NCBI GenBank assembly: GCA_039025515.1
Contig: JBCCOI010000001.1
Coordinates: 6,221-70,220, forward strand
Source: Planctomycetota bacterium
Lineage (GTDB): Bacteria > Planctomycetota > Planctomycetia > Pirellulales > Pirellulaceae
Direction: 5' to 3'
Length of the DNA stretch: 64,000 nucleotides
This document shows positions 17,010-25,556 of this stretch, in pieces. Each line of letters starts with the position of its first letter. Position 1 is the stretch's first letter. Under the pieces are notes generated by a model that saw nothing but the letters and a program-made list of their open reading frames with translations, did not search any database and was not told the origin of the DNA. Made by a program: the position numbers and the translations under genes.

Positions 17010-17870
17010 CTAGGCAGCCAAAGTTGGTAACGGTTTGGATTCTTGTTTGTTGCCCGAATCACTTCGACGAAACGTCGGTTGCTTGTTGCCCAGCAAGTCA
17101 GTGAGAATCCCGGATGCACATTTCTGAATCCGTGTCATGGAATTCGCGAAGACTTCGCTGTTACCGTTGTGCAGGTGAATGTAGTCCGCGGAATGTTCGA
17201 TAGCCTCCATCCCAAGAGCCTGACACACGACTTGTGCAACGGCCTGAGCTTCTGTTTCCATCACAGCATGCTTCAGCCGCTTTCGCGTTTCACGATCGGG
17301 GTGCAGGAGTTCGTGTGCGAGTTCATGGATGAGAACCTCCAGTCGCATAGGCGGTTTCAGGCCGGATAGAACAGCGATTTTTTTGACGGAGGACACGCCA
17401 TAAGCACCGCCATCAAGCAGCCCATATTGCAATTCAATTCCCTTGGATTCGATCAGGCGTTCAACCGGTTCAATCCACTGTGCCGCACTGCCAGTCGGTT
17501 GAGTCAGACTCGGCAACTCATCCCCTTCGGTCTGACTGATATCGAAAACGTGAACGACACGGAAGCCACGGATTTCTTTTTCATCGGCGACGGCGTCCTT
17601 CTTTCGGAACGCCAGTGGGGCTGTAATGCCAATTCCTTTCTCACCCTTCTTGACGGACCTTCCGACGGATTTCCAGCCGTGGAAGCCCATTACTTTCGTT
17701 GCATCGGGAAACTGCTGTGCAATCAGCAAACAGTTGTTGAAGCTGTATTTGTTGAACCGAGCCATCAACTTCAGCACTTCTTCCAGCCGTACAGAACGTC
17801 CTTCCGCAAGAGCGGTATTCAATTCGTTAATCCCAATCGACACCAGCTTCGCAATTTCATCTTTCTTCAT
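17010..17870 (-). CDS. ardC: ArdC-like ssDNA-binding antirestriction protein with HExxH domain
   Basis: YSFNNCLLI, GFHGWKSVGRSVKKGEKG, VFDISQT, LIHELAHELLH, ETEAQAVA; GGAG RBS. Confidence 0.85.
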   Translation of the reverse strand: MKKDEIAKLVSIGINELNTALAEGRSVRLEEVLKLMARFNKYSFNNCLLIAQQFPDATKVMGFHGWKSVGRSVKKGEKGIGITAPLAFRKKDAVADEKEIRGFRVVHVFDISQTEGDELPSLTQPTGSAAQWIEPVERLIESKGIELQYGLLDGGAYGVSSVKKIAVLSGLKPPMRLEVLIHELAHELLHPDRETRKRLKHAVMETEAQAVAQVVCQALGMEAIEHSADYIHLHNGNSEVFANSMTRIQKCASGILTDLLGNKQPTFRRSDSGNKQESKPLPTLAA

Positions 17871-17925
17871 CGTTTCGTTCTCCGAATTCGCTGCATCCGA
17901 CATTGCAGCAATTTGTTCTTCAGTC

Positions 17926-18071
17926 GGCCTGTCGGCGGCCACCCCAAACCGGACGCAGCAAGTCAAGGTGGAGTCTTTCGCGTAGCGAAAGCAGCAGTGA
18001 GGACCAGAGTAAGGCGGCGGGACGAACGGACCTTGACGCTGTGGCACGATTGGAAATGCCGCAGACAGGCC
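17926..18071 (+). promoter_or_regulatory. Frpo-like single-stranded-DNA promoter stem-loop upstream of ardC
   Basis: GTCAAGGT (17962)/ACCTTGAC (18030) and GGCCTGTCGGCGGC (17926)/GCCGCAGACAGGCC (18058) pair; -35-like TTGAC lies inside the stem. Confidence 0.6.
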
Positions 18072-18189
18072 CCAGCCATTCCGTTTGCTTTTCCTTTCGT
18101 TCGACCTCGTGGTGGTGGTGATTCCTGACTGAAGCGGTCAGAATAGAAATCTGTAGACACCCCCCACCGGTATTCGCAGTGAGTCGGAC

Positions 18190-19671
18190 TTGATGTGTAT
18201 TTCGCGAGATGGAAGATTCGGATTCGGTTTGATTGCGCTCGTGCCTTGTTTCTTCATTCTCGAAACGGCACATGCGGACGAGCCGAAAGAACGTGAACTG
18301 TGGCACTTGGAATTGCGAAACGTCGGCGGCGGGTCGGACTACGCTCGTCCCTATTCGCCAATCTGTTTTTCGCCTGATGGCAGGCGATTGGCTGTGTCCT
18401 TGGCCAATCGGAAGAGCGTTTGGGAGCGACACGGCAATGACGAGAAATCTGTCGTGTGCAAAGACGTTCCGGAAGGCTCAGGCATCGGCATCTGGGATGT
18501 TGAAAGCCTTGCGTTCCTCGAATGGATTGAGGCGGGTGCGCATAAGGTGATTCGATTTACGCCTGACGGGAAGTCTGTTGCAGCACTGGACGATTCACAT
18601 CTTCTGCAATGGAACATCGAGTCTGGAGAAGAGTCGAAAACTGAGTTGTTGGAAGATGCGTCGTGGTCGAACAAGTTGAAAAGTGGCTTCTGCTGGGGAC
18701 CGAACGGAAGCGTGGTGACCGTGCAAACAAAGGCACTGGCTCACTATTCCTCTTCTGGTGAGTTACAGAGCGAGTTTCCGATCGACAAGGTCATCGATCT
18801 TGTGACGCTCGAAAGCGGACCAGACCGACAGCACGTTGTCGCCGACTGTTATGTTTGGAATCTGGCGACCGGCAAGAAAGCGACCATATCGCCAAGCGGA
18901 TTCTGCCACTCAGTGTTTCGTCCCGGTACGACCGAAATCTGGGGGCGATCTGACCGAAGCTATGGTGCCATCGCGATGTGGAATCCATTGACGGGCAAGG
19001 TCGCTTACCCGTTCAAGGAAGGATTGAACAGAAAGTTCTCGGCTGAAAACGGGACTGTGCAATGGAGACTTGAGAATGTCGGGGTTAGTCCAAATGGGAA
19101 GGTGCTTGCCTCAGTGGGCAGCGATGGCTGCATTCATCTGTGGAACATTGCAAGTGGCGGTCGCATCGCGACGCTGGAAGCGGCCAAAGGTCCGAGGAAA
19201 GGGAAAGATGACGACGGTGTGGGCCGTCCCACTCTTAAAACGGTCAAGTTCTCCCCTGACGGTCGGTGGCTGCTCGCTTGCTCAGTTGAGAGCGTGAGCA
19301 TGTTCAAGATCGACCGTCTAAAGCAGCACATTAAGCCCGGCTCCATTTTTCAATTAACACAGTACTTCGCCGGGAATGAACTTGTGGAAGAAATTGTTAC
19401 CAACCCGCCCGGTGCGAAGACCATCGTTGGCTCGATGCTGCACACGGAAGAGCAAGAGCCGGGAGCTCGCGTTGCTGCGCTCCGGCCAGACAGCGATGAA
19501 GTTTGGTATGACGCTGTCATTCTTGCGACAGTGCCGAGTTACGGCGGTAAGCCGGGGGTCTACTACAACGTCCATTATGAGGGATACAGTCGCGATGAGG
19601 ACAAGAGGGTTCCTGAGTGGAGAATCCGTCCGAAGCTGGCTCCGCATTTGAAAGTTCGCAACATGAAGTAG
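18190..19671 (+). CDS. Secreted WD40-repeat protein with C-terminal Tudor/Agenet-like domain
   Basis: Signal-peptide-like start (AHA-DE), repeated FSPDG..LA / IWD / WN units, C-terminal WYDAVIL...YNVHYEGY..DEDKRVPEWRIRP. Confidence 0.8.
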   Translation: MMCISRDGRFGFGLIALVPCFFILETAHADEPKERELWHLELRNVGGGSDYARPYSPICFSPDGRRLAVSLANRKSVWERHGNDEKSVVCKDVPEGSGIGIWDVESLAFLEWIEAGAHKVIRFTPDGKSVAALDDSHLLQWNIESGEESKTELLEDASWSNKLKSGFCWGPNGSVVTVQTKALAHYSSSGELQSEFPIDKVIDLVTLESGPDRQHVVADCYVWNLATGKKATISPSGFCHSVFRPGTTEIWGRSDRSYGAIAMWNPLTGKVAYPFKEGLNRKFSAENGTVQWRLENVGVSPNGKVLASVGSDGCIHLWNIASGGRIATLEAAKGPRKGKDDDGVGRPTLKTVKFSPDGRWLLACSVESVSMFKIDRLKQHIKPGSIFQLTQYFAGNELVEEIVTNPPGAKTIVGSMLHTEEQEPGARVAALRPDSDEVWYDAVILATVPSYGGKPGVYYNVHYEGYSRDEDKRVPEWRIRPKLAPHLKVRNMK

Positions 19672-19685
19672 TTGTGAATGGAGAA

Positions 19686-20594
19686 CTACATGATCTTGAT
19701 ATTGTTCTTGATCCGGTGCCGAACTTCTTCCAGTGCTTCGGTGAGTGCAAGCTCCACTTCGTGGTAGTTCACTTTCGTTGGAGCGGTGACGGTCACTTTC
19801 AGTCCTCGCTCAGACTGAAAGACCTGATGAATTCCGTTTCGCGGTTTGCCCGACTTCTTACCGCGTCGTTGTTTGATCTGTCGAACGGTTTGAGAGTGCG
19901 ACAGTGCACCGGAAGATGCTTGACTCGCCACCTTGGATTGCTGCTCCGAACTATCGAGCTTGCTGATTTCATAGGCCGAGGATTTTGGCAGAGTGCCGGC
20001 ATCGACCTGCTGCTGAATCTCGGGTGGAAGATCAAGCAACGCCAGCGAACGACTAATCCGTGACGTGGTCACGCGAAGGGCATGAGCAACCTGTTTTCCG
20101 TTCCAATCGTTTAATTCCATCAGCGATTGAATTGCTCTCGCTTCTTCCATCGGCTTTAAGTCTGTACGCAGGAGATTCTCCACGAGTTGTTGTTCTCGCA
20201 GTTCACTTTCGCTCACTTCGCCTTCGACAAAAAAGCAATCAATGGCAGGTAGCCCCGCAGCGACAGTTGCACGCCAGCGTCGTTCCCCCGTGACGATGAC
20301 CCACTTTTCAATGGATTCATCCCAGCGAACTCGAATTGGATGGAGTTGACCGTGGGCACGAATGCTTCCAGCGAGACGCTCGATTTCTTCGCTATCGAAT
20401 TCCGTTCTCGGTTGTTGCGGATCGGCGATGATGCAGTTCACTTCGACCGATCCAAACTTGCGAAGGGGCCTGCGTCCAACATCTTTTGCCGATGAAACCG
20501 GGCTTAGTTGCGCGGTCCTGGAACTGCTTCGTCGTCCCATAGATTCATCAACGTTCAAACTAACTTCTTCAAGTGCATTTCTCGTGCTTGCCAT
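19686..20594 (-). CDS. parB: ParB/Spo0J partition protein
   Basis: QPRTEF, GQLHPI, GERRWRA, ENLLRTDL, HTH. Confidence 0.92.
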   Translation of the reverse strand: MASTRNALEEVSLNVDESMGRRSSSRTAQLSPVSSAKDVGRRPLRKFGSVEVNCIIADPQQPRTEFDSEEIERLAGSIRAHGQLHPIRVRWDESIEKWVIVTGERRWRATVAAGLPAIDCFFVEGEVSESELREQQLVENLLRTDLKPMEEARAIQSLMELNDWNGKQVAHALRVTTSRISRSLALLDLPPEIQQQVDAGTLPKSSAYEISKLDSSEQQSKVASQASSGALSHSQTVRQIKQRRGKKSGKPRNGIHQVFQSERGLKVTVTAPTKVNYHEVELALTEALEEVRHRIKNNIKIM

Positions 20595-20597
20595 GTG

Positions 20598-21407
20598 CTA
20601 CGCGACCCTACGTTTTCGTTCATCCATACTGATTCGGTCAAGAATCTCACGAGCCAGTGAAAGAGTCAATTTTGCCGCCTTTGAGTGTGGTTCATGAAAC
20701 TGCACTGGACGTCGACGTGTCAGAGCGACCTTGAACGCCGACGCTTCCGAGATCACGGTCTCCATGACCATTTCCCGATACATTTCGCGTAGTTTCTGTT
20801 CGTACATGCGATGGACCAACAGGCGGGCGTCATAGCGGGTGACCAAGTGCCCCAAACGACGAAGGTCCGGATTGAGCTGGCGTGCCTGCTGGACACACTG
20901 ATGCACAGCACGAAGGCCCTGTGTGCCGAAGTCTTCTGGCGGCACAGGGATCAGGACGTAGTCGGCAGCAACCATCGAAGTCCAGCTACAGCGATAGAGG
21001 TTCGGGGGACAGTCAATGAGCACGACATCGAAGTCTGATTGTTCCTCAAGAAATTCCCGGATAGCGAACTGCAACATACCGGTCTTCTCCGGCTCGGGAG
21101 CATTGAATGGTGCAAGCGTCTGGTTTGCAGGACAGATCGTGATTCCGTCGAACTGCGTAGGGTGAAGCAGGCCATCGCGGGAATCGAAGAAGCTGCCCTC
21201 ATCAAACAACATGGCCATTGTTTGCCTGCTGTTCAGGGTCTCCACAAATTCAGAACCGAGAAAGCCTTGGCTGAGTGAACCTTGCGGGTCCATGTCCAGT
21301 AGCAGGATATTCATACCGAGTTCGGCAAATGCTCCCGCAAGATGAAAGCAGGTCGAACTTTTTCCGCAACCGCCTTTCTGATTGATGAGGCAAAACGTCG
21401 TTGCCAT
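20598..21407 (-). CDS. parA: ParA partition ATPase
   Basis: NQKGGCGKS, DMDPQGS, IDCPP; GGAGG RBS. Confidence 0.93.
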   Translation of the reverse strand: MATTFCLINQKGGCGKSSTCFHLAGAFAELGMNILLLDMDPQGSLSQGFLGSEFVETLNSRQTMAMLFDEGSFFDSRDGLLHPTQFDGITICPANQTLAPFNAPEPEKTGMLQFAIREFLEEQSDFDVVLIDCPPNLYRCSWTSMVAADYVLIPVPPEDFGTQGLRAVHQCVQQARQLNPDLRRLGHLVTRYDARLLVHRMYEQKLREMYREMVMETVISEASAFKVALTRRRPVQFHEPHSKAAKLTLSLAREILDRISMDERKRRVA

Positions 21408-21420
21408 GTTCCTCCGTGAA

Positions 21421-21581
21421 AATTGCAATTTGCAATTCCGGGCAAGTGTCCGAAATCTCTAACGGAATGCTGGCACGAGTCTTTGAAGGTCGTCAAGAAC
21501 TTTCGCACGCCCAATTAGGCAATCGAATCGACCGATAAGTCCTCGGCGATTTTCGTTTCAATGCAATTGCAATTTGCAATT
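21421..21581. repeat. Two perfect 17-bp palindromes AATTGCAATTTGCAATT (21421-21437, 21565-21581); candidate parS/par operator
   Basis: Identical copies upstream of parA; half site at 21641; near-copy at 24794-24810. Confidence 0.7.
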
Positions 21582-21848
21582 CTGCGTAAACCCCTGAGAT
21601 TCTTGAGCAATCGAGCGTGCGTGGGCTTGAAGGTTGTTCGTTTGCAATTGCCCCGCTTCTCTTGCTTCTGTCCGCCGATTCCAGAATGCCGTCGTCAATG
21701 AAACGAACCGCATGAGCCTTATCGAGTGACGCTGCGTACACGCATCGAATCCGCTGCTCATTGATGAGCGTATGCGAAGTCGATTTCTACTTGCGCCGGT
21801 GACTCCCCTCACCTACTTTGAGACAGATTCAATCCACTTAAAGTAAGT

Positions 21849-23087
21849 ATGGGCAGTCCGAAGCGAAGAAACAAAACCAAGAGTGTTCCAGTCGGCATGG
21901 GCGAACTATCGATTGTTGAACACGCCCTGTGCCCTCTCGATTCCAGAACGTCGCTTTCTGGCAATCTTGTCCATTTTAATGAGTATTTCTATACAGACCG
22001 AAATCGCCATCAGCGGAAGGCTCAAGTTCGTGTGACTGCCCCGCTTGGCCTGTCCGCCAGTGATGAGTTTTATCTGTGGGGACTGTTGGCCCTCACCTGC
22101 TGTCAGCAAAAGCCAACGGCAGAATTGTTCGCTACTCCACACTACTGCCTCCGGCAACTCGGGTGCATTGACCAGCACAGTAAGCGAGGCGGTCGGCAAT
22201 ACCAGAAATTCGCAGAATCGCTCGAACGGTTGTCAACGGTCAGCTACAGCAATGATGCGTTTTATGACCCGGTTCGTGGTGAACATCGAAAAGTTGGATT
22301 TGGTTTCTTCAGCTACAGCCTTCCAGTTGACACTCGTTCGTCGCGGGCGTGGAGAATCGCGTGGGACCCGATTTTCTTTGAGTTCTGTATGGCAGGCAGT
22401 CAGCAGTTCCGCTTCGACTTGGATGTCTATCGGTCGCTGGACTGTGCATCGCGTCGCCTGTTTCTGCTGCTGCAAAAAATGTTCTCGAAACGACTCACAG
22501 TTGCCAGATTCGAGTTGCGGCACCTCGCAGTGCATGTCCTCGGGTTCAGCGAATCACTGCCCACCAAAACGCTTCGGCAGAAGTGCAAGAAGACGCTGGC
22601 CCGTCTGGCAGATTCCGGAATCATCAAGCCTTCAAACCAGTTCATCACTGGACAGCGTGGCGGTCGGTATTCCGTAACCGTCGAGCGAGGTGCATATTTT
22701 GCGACAAGAGCGGAATTTCGACTCTCGAAGGATCTGTCATCATCGCCGCTGTATGAACCCTTGATGGCGATTGGTCTCGAAGAGCCGTCCATTCGCCGAT
22801 TCATTCGCGACTTTGACCCGGTGTTGGTGCAGGAGTGGGCGGACATCACTCTGGCCGCAATGGAACGTAAGGGGAAGAAGTTCTTCCGCCGAAACCCACA
22901 AGCCTACTTCGTAGACAACGTGCAACAGGCGGCTCAGGGGAAACGCACACCGCCGGATTGGTGGCAGGAACTTCGACATTCGGAGAACCGTGAAAAGCGA
23001 TACGGACAAACCGCCTCACCGACTCCTGTGGGTGAGATCCTCACACAAGTGCTCGGTGACATCTCGGGAAGTGACACTGAAAAATGA
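21849..23087 (+). CDS. repA: Plasmid-type replication initiator protein (RepA/TrfA-like)
   Basis: Divergent from parAB, winged-helix-like segments (SRRLFLLLQK, LAVHVLG), followed by iterons and a DnaA box. Confidence 0.75.
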   Translation: MGSPKRRNKTKSVPVGMGELSIVEHALCPLDSRTSLSGNLVHFNEYFYTDRNRHQRKAQVRVTAPLGLSASDEFYLWGLLALTCCQQKPTAELFATPHYCLRQLGCIDQHSKRGGRQYQKFAESLERLSTVSYSNDAFYDPVRGEHRKVGFGFFSYSLPVDTRSSRAWRIAWDPIFFEFCMAGSQQFRFDLDVYRSLDCASRRLFLLLQKMFSKRLTVARFELRHLAVHVLGFSESLPTKTLRQKCKKTLARLADSGIIKPSNQFITGQRGGRYSVTVERGAYFATRAEFRLSKDLSSSPLYEPLMAIGLEEPSIRRFIRDFDPVLVQEWADITLAAMERKGKKFFRRNPQAYFVDNVQQAAQGKRTPPDWWQELRHSENREKRYGQTASPTPVGEILTQVLGDISGSDTEK

Positions 23088-23210
23088 AGCCCTTCCAAAA
23101 GCAATTCGATTTGCTTTCAAGTGATCTTTGTACTCAGTACTTTGGCGCAGCGACCATCGCTTCGGGATATTCAACGATCCTAAGAGGTTGTTGGGCTGAA
23201 CAACTCCGTG

Positions 23211-23329
23211 AAGGTGACGCAAGCGACACGCATTGTGGGATTAAGGTGACGCAATCGACACGTATTTGGCTTTGAATTGGTGACGCGGTAGACACGTGCG
23301 GGCATGTGCAACTTTGGAAGTTATCCACA
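23211..23329 (+). repeat. Iteron-type origin: 3 x GGTGACGC-N4-GACACG (23213, 23245, 23279) plus DnaA box TTATCCACA (23321-23329)
   Basis: Direct repeats spaced 32 and 34 bp immediately downstream of repA; consensus DnaA box. Confidence 0.8.
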
Positions 23330-23956
23330 GGCAACCAATGGATGCTGCATGTTCTGGCGATGTTCCGAAATGGCTCGATACAAATCGACGGTTGCTCGAA
23401 CATCGTTCAATGCTTCATGAGCTTCACTCGCCTTGAGAGACACGCCGAAGTAGTGGCACAGCGTCCGCAGAGCAAAGTCTGATGGCGGCGTTAGTGACTT
23501 GTCTTCTTGAAACAACCAAAGTGCTCGTTGCAAGGTGCAAAAGACTCTTGGGGAAGCTGGAAGAAACTCGTCGAAGCGGTCGTACCACGCACGCAGGAAA
23601 GCTCCGTCAAATGCTCCGTTGTGTGCCACAAGCTGAGCGACGGAAAACGGCACGCCTTTCGATGAAATCTGATCGACAGTCGCGTGACGTCGCAATAGTT
23701 CTGAGAACTGTTTCATCACTTGAATTGACGGCTGGGCCTCTCTCTTCCAAAGTTGACGCGAATAGCTTGCCTTGCGTAGTGCTTTGGGGTCAGCGAATTT
23801 GCTGGTGAATTTGAGCTTCGCCTCAAAGCGTTCGAGTTCTCGCAGGTTGCAATCGACGGCAATCGCGGCGATCTGGATGATCGGTCGCCACGGATCAAGT
23901 CCCGCCGTTTCCAAGTCGACGAACACCATGCGTTCATCCGGGTAGTTGCTGTTCAT
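23321..23956 (-). CDS. DEDDh 3'-5' exonuclease (DnaQ-like)
   Basis: VDLETAG, AHNGAFD, HEALND. Confidence 0.9.
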   Translation of the reverse strand: MNSNYPDERMVFVDLETAGLDPWRPIIQIAAIAVDCNLRELERFEAKLKFTSKFADPKALRKASYSRQLWKREAQPSIQVMKQFSELLRRHATVDQISSKGVPFSVAQLVAHNGAFDGAFLRAWYDRFDEFLPASPRVFCTLQRALWLFQEDKSLTPPSDFALRTLCHYFGVSLKASEAHEALNDVRATVDLYRAISEHRQNMQHPLVACG

Positions 23957-24117
23957 GCAACAGAACTAGCACGAAATCTGTCGGGATACAAAACACGTCT
24001 AGTTCTAGGCGAGTCTTGCTTTTACCGACTTGTACGGTATTGAGACAAACGTGGTCGAGAATCGGACTCTCTTCCACGGCTGTTTTGTACGTCAAACGCG
24101 CTGCTGCGAGCGGACTG

Positions 24118-24728
24118 CGAATTCGGTTCGCAAGCGGTGGCACGCATGACAGACGTTGACAGGCAATCGCACCCGGTAAACCTCAGCTCACCACTGAGGC
24201 TAAGGGCGTTGGGCTAACCTCCAACGACGCGATTGGCCCGTAGAGCCGGATGCATCGAGAGGTGCTTGTCCGGTTCGACGGAGGCTTCGTCGAGTAATCC
24301 GGTCTCGACTGCTGACATTCGTACGTTAGTAAATGCGTAGACCGAGTAATCCGACGATTCGATCCGATAGCTCGTTTGGGGACAGAAGTGGTAGCGTTCA
24401 TCGAATGCAATCGTGCCCCGGACAAACGAGGGCGATGCGGAAATACCTTGAGACGTTCTCAAGGCCGCTATTTTCCAAAACAGGTGAGGTATTTGAGATG
24501 AAAGAATTTCTGACATCAACGATGCGTAATCCTGTACAGGGGGTCCGAAGTCACCGACTTCGTTCAACCTGTCCGGCGTGGGGAGTTTCGAGTCTGGCGA
24601 CAGACCGAACCGCAGGCGACTTACTGCGGGGATCGTTGGCAAATCCAACGACCGCGAATAGCTCAACTACGAAAGGCCCGCGAGGGCTTGCCGGTGAACT
24701 TTGCAGAAGACGGAGCCGAATTGCGAAC
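24118..24728 (+). ncRNA. ORF-less group II intron-derived ribozyme, apparently circularly permuted
   Basis: 34-nt domain V at 24243-24276, domain VI with bulged A24362 and terminal AT at 24367-24368, domain I-like motifs downstream, closing helix 24120-24129/24713-24722. Confidence 0.7.
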
Positions 24729-25556
24729 GGCTTTGGCTGGTGGGTAAGAGGGTGCTTCTACGTTCGGCCCTCAGAAATGATTGCGACGTTGCCAATTGCA
24801 ACTTGCAATCGAAACTATGCCGGTTCTGGCGAACTGGACATACAGCCAAATCCCCTCCCGGTCACACGGGATAGCGACGTGAGCTGCAAGGTGAAGGGAA
24901 TAGCTAACGCAGGAAGCTCTATGGCAGCCGGTGTGGTTACCGGTGCTTGGCGTGGTCAGTCAAGTGATTCAAACGCCGTAGAGTGGGAGTGTGGCCTGAT
25001 TAGAAGTCGAGTTGCCTTCAGGCGGGAGCCTGCTGTGCGACTTGAGCGATGGCTGTGCAAGGCAGTGCAGTCTCGTTGGTGTTCTCGGGTGGTGCCGAGA
25101 GCTATGCCACGACGAAAGGGCTGACGGGCAGTTTTTCTGTCAATGATGCTGTGCTGTCGACTGAAACGATTTCAGTCGGCAGTTCTTGGAAGGACGCAAG
25201 CGGTCACACAAGACTTGTGCGGGAGCACTGGTCTTCTGTGGCGATGACTCAGCAGCGGTACCTGACGTGCGTCTGCACGTTGATGGTTCTGCTGTGAGGT
25301 TGTTTGCGTGAAGGGTTGTATGCATTGGCGTGGCACAATACATGAATGTAGTGACGCGCCGGCATGGAACCCTGCTGTGGTGTTTCTGCCCTCTGTGAGC
25401 GGACCTGCTTGGTCTTTGCAGAGTGGCAGCACCGCAGGCATTCCGCCAGCGTTTTTCTTTTCCAGCGGCTTTGGGAACCTGTGCCGTGCGCACCAATTTG
25501 GTCGCAAAACAGGTTCCACCATTTTGCTTGCTAGTTTCGTGGAGCACGGAAGCTCA

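Noticed and set aside
23211-23300. Mini CRISPR array (three repeats, with a Cas4-like gene in the window)
   Set aside because: 18-bp repeats with 14-16 bp gaps beside repA and a DnaA box fit iterons; no cas1/cas2
24156-24182. TTGACA...TAAACC as a sigma70 promoter for the ribozyme
   Set aside because: 15-bp spacing, weak -10, and it lies inside the predicted folded region
24214-25124. ORFs 24333-25124 (+) and 24214-24666 (-) as an intron-encoded protein
   Set aside because: No RT/YADD or other motif, atypical composition, and they overlap dense RNA stems
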